Below, one piece after another: positions 55,196 to 64,000 of a DNA stretch of 64,000 nt (positions within the stretch are counted from its first letter, which is position 1; each line of letters begins with the position of its first letter). The DNA is taken from positions 496,001 through 560,000 of the forward strand of contig JASANG010003711.1 of assembly GCA_030248215.1 (NCBI GenBank). Reading direction: 5' to 3'. The DNA comes from Enoplolaimus lenunculus (lineage: Eukaryota). A program made the position numbers and the translations under genes. Below the pieces are notes generated by a model. That model was not told where the DNA came from and ran no database searches. It was given only the letters and a program-made list of their open reading frames with translations.

Positions 55196-55333
55196 CGGGC
55201 GGACGGGCGGACGGGCGGACGGGCGGACGGGCGGACGGGCGGTCGGGCGGACGGGCGGACGGGCGGACGGGCGGACGGGCGGACAGACGGACAGACGGAC
55301 AGACGGACAGACGGACAGACGGACAGACGGACA
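55196..55333. repeat. Compound microsatellite (GGGCGGAC)n-(AGACGGAC)n
   Basis: Directly visible 8-bp periodicity. Confidence 0.95.
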
Positions 55334-55549
55334 TCCACCTTTCGACCCCCAAGTACAAAACATAAAACGTTTCGCGAAACTCCGAGCTTCGCTCAATAAT
55401 ACACTAACCTTGGGCAAGCAGGTACGTAATTCGGCAGCCACACACGTATCAATAGGCTCCATTTTACATATAAACATATATGTAAGGTAAATTTTGTATT
55501 AACCCTGCCCTAACGCAAGTCGCAAAGAGGCCTACGTTACGCGTTAGGG

Positions 55550-56230
55550 CAATGTTAACGCAAGAAAATGTTAGGGTACGGTGAACTCGTGATGAAGCTT
55601 TAGCATTATCTTATAGCACTTTTTTACGGAGTTAATTTTTTTGATGAACGACACACAACTGAAACAGAATTTCAACCTTTTACAGTACCTTTTCAGAGAG
55701 CAATTCATTCTTTAAAAACCCCTTCCGAGCTACGTCACGGGTTACTGCAACGTTAACGTAAGAAAATGCTAGGGTAGGGTGAACATAGCAGCTTTTTTTG
55801 TTACAGAGTTATTTTTTGGTGAACAGCACACTACTGAAACAGAATTTAAATCTCTTCCAGGACCCATGTAGCGAGCAGTTCATAGGTTCACGTTGTAACT
55901 GGGACAGTTGTGTCACGTTTTGTCGCGTGCTGATTCGACATCAACATAAATTTTCGTTAACATTATTAAAATGATCATATTATTTTGACAGACAATGTAG
56001 GAAGTATCATATGATATTAAAATACATAACGTGACCGATACGTGATGTTAGCAGACAACCACTGTTTTTGAAATATCATATTGGGTTGGCAACGTTAACG
56101 CAAGAAAATCTTAGTGTAGGGTGAAATCGTGATCAAGCGTTAGCATTACCTTATAGCCCTCTCTGTTACGGAGTTAGTTTTCTGGGGAACGGCAAATTAA
56201 TGAAACAGAATTCCAATCTCTTCCAGGACG
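55550..56230. repeat. Three diverged direct repeats of ~120-140 bp
   Basis: caa(c/t)gttaacg.aagaaaat..tag.gta.ggtgaa...tgaaacagaatt starts at ~55550, 55748 and 56090. Confidence 0.75.
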
Positions 56231-56465
56231 TCTGCAGGGATCAGTTCCGCCAAACAAACGTTTGCACTTCATATTTTCACACCAAACCAACGATTATCTA
56301 GACTTTTGAATATTCCACTTGTCCAGTCTCTCAGCCAAACTTATGCTTATGATTTTTCCTGCCGAACCAGCGAAATTTCTATTGTCGTCATACAGGAGTG
56401 GCTGCACTGTACTCCTGGCAATATGTTTACCGCCCTGGATATGACATGTTTTATCCACACGTTTG

Positions 56466-56735
56466 ACGTTTTCGTTTGGACGGCGTTTTGTGCAGATGGC
56501 CTTTTGTCCCGAATGTCTTTTGTCCACACGGTCTTTTGTCCGGTCGGCTTTTTGTCCGGGCGGTCTTTTGTTCAGACGTCCTTTTGTCCGCACGGTGTTT
56601 TGTCCAGGTGGTCTATTGTCCCAGCGGTCTTGTGTCCGGCCGGTCTTTTGTACGGCAGCGACTTGTCCAGACGGCCGTTTGCACAGCGCTCTTTGCCCCA
56701 CGGTCTTTTATCCGGCGGCCTTCTGTCCGGGAACC
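56466..56735. repeat. 15-bp minisatellite (CGGTCTTTTGTCCNN), probably the arm of a foldback transposon
   Basis: About 17 degenerate units ending in GTCCGGGAACC. Confidence 0.85.
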
Positions 56736-58285
56736 AAATCCGTTACTTTCACGCCACAGAGCATCAATGTTAAGTAGACAACGCATACGGAAACAACTTC
56801 GCGGTAAGAAGGTAATTTGGCTAAATTCTCGATGGTACTATATAATATACGGCGTATTATATGTTAAGGACTCCCTGTTTTTCGTTGTTCTTTTTATTAT
56901 GCTCATAGAGGCACTTAATTTGCACTAGGCTTTTGCAGATAAAATGTTTAGAAAAGTGATTAGCCTGGCTAAAGTGGTATATGCTTCAGAACAACGCACC
57001 TAATTTTTACTGATATAGCAAATCACACACTGCAGGCAACAGTTACAATAGTTATCATCAGTTCTAGTTTCCGAACTATTGACAAACTTGTGTGCACGAA
57101 ACAGTGAGATTCTAAGAAAACTTTATTTAGGGTGCAACTGGATATCCGTTTTCGTTTCCGGTAAAAATCGGTATCTGTTTCTGTTTTCGTTATAAATTAT
57201 AAATTAGTTCTAAATCGCGTTTATATATGGCAATTTTTCATTACATATATGCTGCAATTGTTCGAAACATAAAATTACGAAATTAATTCAAAATCTTAAA
57301 GATTTCGATGCATCCTCTATTTTTTCTTTAAAAGTTACGAAAGCCCGATGAACATTTGCACGTCTCTATTGCTTTCGATAAAAAAACTATTTTGATCACT
57401 ATGCCTTATCGTTTCCGCGGTTCCGTTTTTTACTACCCGTTTACACCGTGCCGATAACTGAAGCTATTTGATTTATTTCCAGATCAAGTTTCGCGATTTC
57501 AATATTATATTTACTCAAATAGTACGATTTTAGTTCACATGTACAGATATTGGACACCCACAAAGTAGTTTTTCATTATAATCATTTATTTTCCGCATCA
57601 AAGTTAATAAATGTCTTGTTGTATCTGAAAATATACAGCTTTTAATGCACCGAATACAAAATTTCTATGTTTTTAAGGTGTTTCTGGACTTGTGAAAACA
57701 CCAGTTTCACTTAATCTGAGTCTAGTTTGTTTTAGCATGTAATTTAAAACCAGTGGTAGTCTAAAGTTCATCAAAAAGATACAGGTTTGCTTTTATGGTG
57801 TTTTAATGAAACAATTGCCAACGTAAGTTTAAAAGTTATTGTAAAAGGGATTTTGCTGTCCGTTCTCAGCCGCTTTAAATTTATTAGATAAAAATACAAG
57901 CTTTCAGCAGAGCGAGAGGTATCTCCGAGTCCAGAGCAGGTCGCCCGGAGTTAACACATCTAGGACTAACGCGAGTTCACAAGCTGTTGTGTAAAAGACA
58001 CTAGTGACTGGGTTAGCCTTAACTTTACCGCCTGAAGTCAGACGGCTTATGACTTAACCAGCTCCGTAGAATAGGGAACACGGGGTAGGCAAGGGATAAT
58101 TAGAAATGGAAAACAACGACAACCAAAAGTCTTACAGCCACTCCGTATGGCTATGACGGGCAAGACAAATAAGTAGTGAACTAACATGGGTGCGATAGGT
58201 AAACAAGCTACGATAAACTCATGAAACGAAAGAATTTATTTAGCAACTACTAGCTGGTAACTCTCTAACAAACCTTAGCGATTTT

Positions 58286-59620
58286 ATGTTTTGCAGCTTA
58301 ACAATAATCGTTCCTAAAATGAAACATCTGTGGACAGTCCGTCTCGTTCAAATTGAAACCCCAACATTTATGCCAGGACAAGATTATCACAATTATTTTA
58401 CTGAAGTAGCACACGACATCTTCTGTGGCAGCAGCAAAATTGATTGTTCAGTTATGCCATTTAAGTTGGGTTTAAATGGCTCTTATGAAGATTACTTAAA
58501 AGCTATTGCAAGCAGCAAATATACAGCAACTCTTCCGACTCACAGCATTTTGCTCGAACGATATAGTTCGTTTTATTTTAGTTTTCCATTAGTTTTCACG
58601 GAATATGCTATGGTTATTCGGCGTGCCCCAGACCAACGTGCAACACGGCATGTATTTCCAAAATTTGATCAAGGAGCATCATGCTATGGCATACTTATTA
58701 TATTGTTACTAACACTCGTGAAGACAAAATTCACTGTTTTGTTTGAAAGTTTTCGCAAATTAAAGATGCTGGTGTGTTTGTGTCGTCTAACGTTACATAG
58801 AATAAGTCACTCCAAGTTCTTTGCTAAATCACTGAGCTCAAGTTTTGCTCGCGTGTACGTATTAACAGTGTCCTACACCATATACAGAGGGTGCTTACAC
58901 TTCTTTTATGGAAATTCGCTTTACGAAGATATGATATCCACATTCAACAGGAAACCGTTCAGTAACGCCACTGAAGCATTTCGAGCAATGCAATCGGGTA
59001 GAACTAAACTTATTACTGGTCTGTTTGGAACAAATGGCTCTTTCTATCGTCAAACGATTGCCTCAATGGGCGTACCTAAGGCTGACATTGAAAGAACATG
59101 GTCATCGAGCGAGCATTTCACATATTCTGCAGACGTTAAATTGGCAGTTAAAGAACTGTTAAATAATCAACCGGGCACACGGTTTGCATTTTCGGACGCC
59201 ATTCAGTTGGTGTTTCTAATTCTGTCACAAGCACTAACCAAAATTGCAGGTGCACGTACCGGTACAATATTAGAAGTTTGTGATTTACAGTTTATAAAAG
59301 GAGGCATTGAGTACGATTGGCTAGCCATTATGTTTCCAAAAAACACTACACTTCGTCCGCTCATTGAACTTGCAAACAGGAAAATTGGAGTTATACAGGC
59401 GAGTTCACTTGGAGACGTGAAACTGAAACGCTCGCGTTATTTTCAAAGTATGGAAGTATGCAGCAGACAGCGTTTGATGTATGAGAAAGCTACCATGATG
59501 CCACTTAAGATTGATCTGTTTGAAGGAAGTATTTTGTTTTTTACCGTTGCGAACTTATTGAACACGTTATTGTTTAGTTTTGAGCATTTAATTGCTGTGC
59601 TGCTACTGCTTCCAATCTGA
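58286..59620 (+). CDS. Divergent ionotropic receptor (IR; iGluR-superfamily ligand-gated ion channel subunit)
   Basis: 444-aa uninterrupted ORF with the iGluR/IR domain order: S1 (NGSYEDYLKAIASSK..., ILLERYSSFYFSFPLVFTEYAMVIRR), M1 (CYGILIILLLTLV), M3 (SSSFARVYVLTV...FFYGNSL), S2 (KPFSNATEAF..., WLAIMFPKNTTLRP..NRKIGVIQASSL) and M4 (PLKIDLFEGSILFF...LFSFEHL). AATAAA at 59793. Confidence 0.85.
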   Translation: MFCSLTIIVPKMKHLWTVRLVQIETPTFMPGQDYHNYFTEVAHDIFCGSSKIDCSVMPFKLGLNGSYEDYLKAIASSKYTATLPTHSILLERYSSFYFSFPLVFTEYAMVIRRAPDQRATRHVFPKFDQGASCYGILIILLLTLVKTKFTVLFESFRKLKMLVCLCRLTLHRISHSKFFAKSLSSSFARVYVLTVSYTIYRGCLHFFYGNSLYEDMISTFNRKPFSNATEAFRAMQSGRTKLITGLFGTNGSFYRQTIASMGVPKADIERTWSSSEHFTYSADVKLAVKELLNNQPGTRFAFSDAIQLVFLILSQALTKIAGARTGTILEVCDLQFIKGGIEYDWLAIMFPKNTTLRPLIELANRKIGVIQASSLGDVKLKRSRYFQSMEVCSRQRLMYEKATMMPLKIDLFEGSILFFTVANLLNTLLFSFEHLIAVLLLLPI

Positions 59621-62232
59621 TTGTGAAGTTTGTATTACATGTGCGTAAGCCATCCTAGTGCACCAACAGAGTTAAAGGAATGTTCACATAAAACCGTACA
59701 AAAATCTGTTTTTCATTGCTATTCTGTATCTATTGTGTGAATACTTTATATAGTCAGCGCAGAACTTCTATTTATTGAATTTTGTAGCTATCAATAAATA
59801 ATATATAAAACCACTGGAACATGTATTTTCACATAAAAATGATGGTTTGTGCTGAAAAACAACAGCCTGCATTTTTTGTACATGTTTACTAGTAATGCTT
59901 TCATTACAAATCTACTCACAATCTATCTAAATCTCCAAAGTGCTAACGGTGCCCAGACCCGGGTATTACCATCGGATAAAACCTTTAGCTCATACAGAAA
60001 TCCAGATTCCATTCCTCCAATGTCAAAATGCAATTGGTTCAGATCACATTACGTTTAGTATATAAAAATGACCAACCAGCTCGAAAGATGTAACCATCTC
60101 CTGTTTCGTATGTTGGACTTGGTTTTGTATTTTTGCGTTTAAGACTTGAGGTACATGTTACCCCAGATAAATGCTTGCGTAATTCTTTTACGTTTGTTCC
60201 ATATGGATAAAAAGTAATAATGCGATGGACAATTATATCTCGGGCAAGTTTTACTGGTGCCACATAGATTTGTTTATCAAGGTAGCATGGTTGATCGTAT
60301 CGTGGCGTCGTTGGGCCCCATTTAAAATTAAAGTCCGGTTAATTTAATTTTTGTGTCCCCTTTGTTAACACTTGCTTGTTCGATACAGCATGTGTCTTTA
60401 ACAATTGTGTTGTTTAATACTTTATAGAACGTTTTTATCCAAGATTAACTTCTTGCACCTTATTATTTATTTTTACAGCTCGACTTTCGGTTATTATCAA
60501 AGTTATATATCTATTAATACTATTGATATTTACATATTGTTTGAAAACATACAATGCATTTTGTGTTTTCTATTAACTTGGCATGAAAACTACTTAGATA
60601 GGCAAAAGGACCAGACTTCACATGACAGAAGCTCAATTTGGTCTACCGCTACCGCACCATCAACTTGAATCTGAAAAGCTCTGCAACGAAATTAAATGGG
60701 AACACTGTTTGGACACAGTGTCTGAAAAAAGAAGTTCATTCGCACAGACTCTGTAAAATCGTTTAACAGAGTACCTTCGAACAGACTTTGTGTTATGCAA
60801 CAAGCAAATGTCCTTCTGACAGACTCAGGACAAAACAGCTGTCCTTTCTATAAAACGTATTGAAAAGTGGCATCTGTATGTGCGATAGTTTGACAAAGTA
60901 TACGCCGTTCAAAGGTACTCTCTGTTGTCAGCCGGGTGTACATATAGTGTGGGTGACTTTTGGATATATAATTTATATACATTGCAATTAGGAACTTAGG
61001 GACTCGCATGTGGGTACAATTTTTTACAGTAGCGTAGACAGTATATCGCGAATGACCCATATACTGCATGGTGCGTGCATAAAGAATTTGTATAAATTGG
61101 CCCAAGCTGTTTCATTGCCGAATAAGATTTTCAATTCATTTTATTGTACGTAAACCGTTTCAAAATCGAAGTGGCTCCTTTCGATACAATTGTGTAATTT
61201 TACAGTGCATTGATGTTAGCCGCTCGGTCACTGCACCCAGTGGCTGCAAATCTCATCAAAATTTAAGTGATAATAGCTGGAATCATATTTTGTGACAATG
61301 TGTGAGATTGCGGGTGTAGGGATCCCCTGGATCCATCAATCTGCTAAGTCGAAATATTTTGCACGGAAAACCCGCGGGACGCTGGATTGCGGCCCGTTGG
61401 GTTATAAAACACCGAGTTATGAATTTTGTGAGCTGTAAGGAGATGTTAACCTGAGGAATCCAAGTATGTGACGCTCGGGTGTAGCATCTCGTGTGCATTT
61501 AATTTTAGTGTTTTTGGGCCTGCCACAGTTTCAGTTGGGATATGCTGGATCTGGATGGTGGTTTGAAAATGTTCGAAAATTCAAATTTTTTAATATTTGA
61601 GTTCTAAGTTAGAAATTGGCGGCCTAGGCGCTAACGTAATAAATGTTCCACCTACTTCATTCGGAACAGCATCAAAATACACATCGTAGCTGGAGGCAAG
61701 GTACAGTTTTATACCTGCACTTAGATAGTGTTAATTGTCTAGACTCGGTCGGAAGGTACTCTAGATAAATACATGTCGTCTGTAGGATGTCAGGACTTTA
61801 CCTTAGTACACGCGCACGCATTTAAAAACACGCTGTGCACACATATTAACACGCATCATTCAATGCAAAAATTGAGTCCCTTCCGAGTAATTATTAGCAA
61901 TAACAGTTCCCGAAAATGATGTCAGGGCCAGTAAATATTTAATTGTTCATATAATGACATATTGACATCTCAGACAGTGTATATAGAGAGTAGGTAGGAA
62001 CAACGCGGGCACCCAAAAGGGAGGGACATTTTTTTACAAATGTGCGTGCATTTTAACGTGGATAACCCATGATAGTTTGCTTTTGATTTAGTTTTAAATG
62101 AATTTGTGCGAGTTTTTTATGGGTTTAATTTTTGAAAGTGTTTGAAATTGGTCGCGTTGATTTTCTGGATGCTGAATAGAGGATTTCTAGCTAGTGTTTT
62201 TAGGTGTGTTAGTTAGCTGACATTTTTTCAAG

Positions 62233-62382
62233 ATGTAGTTTTGTGAGAACGAGTTTTGACTTGGGGTTATATTGCAACATGAAGAATGTGGATTCGGTTA
62301 AGCAAAGATTTTTAAATGGCGTTGCCTTTTGGATTTCGGAGAATTTTGGATTTAAGCTTGAGTACTCGCACCGGGTGGGCAG
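62233..62382 (+). CDS. Candidate exon of small orphan PAM2-motif gene
   Basis: 150-nt open frame between ttttttcaag| and CAG|gtacgg, phase 2 to 2: CSFVRTSFDLGLYCNMKNVDSVKQRFLNGVAFWISENFGFKLEYSHRVGR. Confidence 0.4.
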
Positions 62383-62544
62383 GTACGGAAAATTTCTAAA
62401 TGCAAAGTTGAGTTGGGTTAGACTTCGGTTGGTCTAGCTCGACTCAAACGATATTTTAACCCAATTGCATTCAGATTTTAACCCAGATGCATTCAGATCG
62501 ATAATAAACTGGTAAAATAACTATTACCCAGTAATATTATAAAG

Positions 62545-62809
62545 ATTCGACCCAGTACGTGATTGGAATTGCATTGAGCCTAAGGATCTCTGCAAGCAGA
62601 ACATCGAGCCAAAAACTCCACGCCAAGTCGAAAGTATAACCGAGGCGTTGGAAACTCTACCAATGTCGCCTAAAACCCCGAAACGACTTAATCCGCTGGC
62701 GGCGGAGTTCACTCCAGCGACGCCCGAATCCGGACGGTGGGCAGCAGCCCTACCGACTCGCGCCCAAGTCGATGCTTGGAAAACCAAGCATGACAAAGCT
62801 GTGACGCAG
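62545..62809 (+). CDS. Candidate exon encoding a PAM2 (PABP-interacting) motif flanked by S/T-P sites
   Basis: Open frame FDPVRDWNCIEPKDLCKQNIEPKTPRQVESITEALETLPMSPKTPKRLNPLAAEFTPATPESGRW...KAVTQ. Phase-2 acceptor ataaag| (weak) and donor CAG|gtaaat. LNPLAAEFTP fits the PAM2 consensus LNxxAxEFxP. Confidence 0.55.
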
Positions 62810-62856
62810 GTAAATTTTCGAGCCATGATGTAGACGTAGGTTTAGGTTTAACTCAG

Positions 62857-62919
62857 GTGGCATCCAACGTAATATTTTGTCAGCGATGCATAATACATGT
62901 TGGTTTTTTCATTCAATAA
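62857..62919 (+). CDS. Candidate terminal exon of PAM2-motif gene
   Basis: Follows a 47-nt gt...actcag intron (62810-62856). Translates VASNVIFCQRCIIHVGFFIQ*, with AATAAA overlapping the stop. Confidence 0.3.
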   Translation: MASNVIFCQRCIIHVGFFIQ

Positions 62920-63022
62920 ATTCTTGGTGTCTATTTTTATAAGGGGACTAACCCATGACTTTTCAATTCCCGTTTCAGTTCGGACGTGAAACTACTATTT
63001 TTCCCCTTTGTTGTTGCTTTCG

Positions 63023-63697
63023 TTATTGTTGATCTGCAGCTATTCCCGCTGCACGGGGAGTGGTTTTCGAATCTGATCCGGTGGACTTCGATCCATGGCG
63101 AACGAAACCGGGTAGATTTTTGTTGTTGTGGTACTGGCCCACCCCGGTGGGCAAAAGTTGTAGCCAGGCATGAGAAAGCGCAAGGATAAGAGTCTCCTGG
63201 TGCCAACATTTTGTGTTACTTGACTGATACTTCCCACAGTATGCGATAATGAAATTATACCTAAACCGGGTGTCGGAGTCCGGAGGAAATAGCTGCGCTT
63301 GAAGTCCGAGAACAGTGCGAGCCTGGGACCTGAACAGCGATGAACGGAGTAGCATACCTAGACATAGTAGTCAATCGCGATCAAACCGTATAGGGTATCC
63401 GCCAAGGATGGGTGGCAAAGATTCTATTCCGGAGTAACCAACTTTATAGCGGGCTGCAAGGAAATTGTTGGGATTAGATATAGGCGAAAAGACAAGGCGA
63501 AAAGACACCGTACAAGCAGGTGTCGAAAAACACGGCTTTGATTCAGAAGGCTTTGAGCTGGAAAATGCAGCCCTTGAAGTGTCGGTGTCCTAGAGAGTCG
63601 CTGCATGTGTGTGCACAGGTCCAAAAACCCGCGTACCTCTCAGAATTATACAATCTTTGCAGATCGGTTCTGAGTGGGCCGAGACTGCTCCGAAAGC
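63023..63697 (-). pseudogene. Two-exon reading frame of unknown function interrupted by two in-frame TGA codons (pseudogene or recoded gene)
   Basis: Exons 63509-63697 (catttcag|...G|gtgtct) and 63023-63453 (ttgcag|) join in phase 1. About 205 codons, with only TGA at 63543-63545 and 63371-63373. Confidence 0.3.
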
Positions 63698-64000
63698 CTG
63701 AAATGCCTGACAATAGTGCGAAATACTTTATATCGAGCTAGCTTGAAACCGATAATTATGTTTGTAGGTCCAAAATGACTGTTGCGGAGTGTGAAAATCT
63801 TACGAAATGTTGTCTTTGTCTGAATTTGGCACAATTCAGATGTACAGTGGAAGCAACTATCTAATAGATTTCAATGTGTTGAATTTGATGAAAATGATTT
63901 AGAAACATTAAATTGAACCCGAATTCTTGTATTCTGGGTCCTCAAATACCTATGGTAAATCTCAAAAGTTTCTTGCAAATTATTCGGCAGAGAGTCATTT

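Larger units (their letters stand above)
54381..55399 (-). mobile_element. DINE-1/HINE-type non-autonomous Helentron
   Basis: Subterminal inverted repeats ATTGAGCAAAGCTCG (54411) / CGAGCTTCGCTCAAT (55383); short hairpin GTAGT-GGG-ACTAC near the 3' end; (GTCC/GTCT/GCCC) microsatellite followed by ATCTCAGGAACGGCTGAACCGATTTTGATAAA on the - strand; central tandem repeats. Confidence 0.8.

Noticed and set aside
55070..55490. ORFs of 61-135 aa on both strands
   Set aside because: Translations of the 8-bp microsatellite inside the Helentron-type element.
56294..56928. Five overlapping ORFs up to 155 aa
   Set aside because: By-product of a stop-poor 15-bp minisatellite.
60622..60760. AQFGLPLP resembling the Helitron RepHel linker
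   Set aside because: No PIF1 Walker A (GxxGTGKT) or Rep motifs nearby.
63130..63180. FLMPGYNFCPPG resembling the parvovirus/adintovirus PLA2 calcium loop (PGYNxxGPG)
   Set aside because: The conserved GPG is altered and no HDxxY catalytic motif follows.

Overview
AT-rich eukaryotic genomic DNA, most likely from a nematode with a large, repeat-rich genome. This is inferred from many interstitial TTAGGC/GCCTAA tracts (the nematode telomere repeat) and TTTCAG-type splice acceptors. (1) Positions 366-28736 (- strand) hold at least five, probably six, exons of a MET/RON-family receptor tyrosine kinase. They encode a short Cys-free Ser/Thr/Pro-rich ectodomain segment, a TM helix, a juxtamembrane region and kinase subdomains I-VIb; the gene runs off the left edge. 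No Sema/PSI/IPT exons were recognised. (2) Its introns and the upstream 30 kb are packed with small non-autonomous DNA transposons, classified by their termini and target-site duplications (TSDs): Merlin-like MITEs carrying TTAGGC repeats, hAT-like, piggyBac-like (carrying a tRNA-derived cassette), Harbinger-like and CACTA-like MITEs, a possible mini-Maverick with ETS-CRE motifs, and a DINE-1/Helentron-type element with ~157-bp octamer-containing tandem repeats. (3) 58286-59620 (+) is an uninterrupted ORF for a divergent ionotropic receptor (IR/iGluR-like). (4) About 59.9-64 kb is a MITE-poor, coding-like block. It contains a candidate small spliced gene with a PAM2 (PABP-binding) motif and a convergent reading frame interrupted only by TGA codons. 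All gene models were read by eye; no database search was possible.
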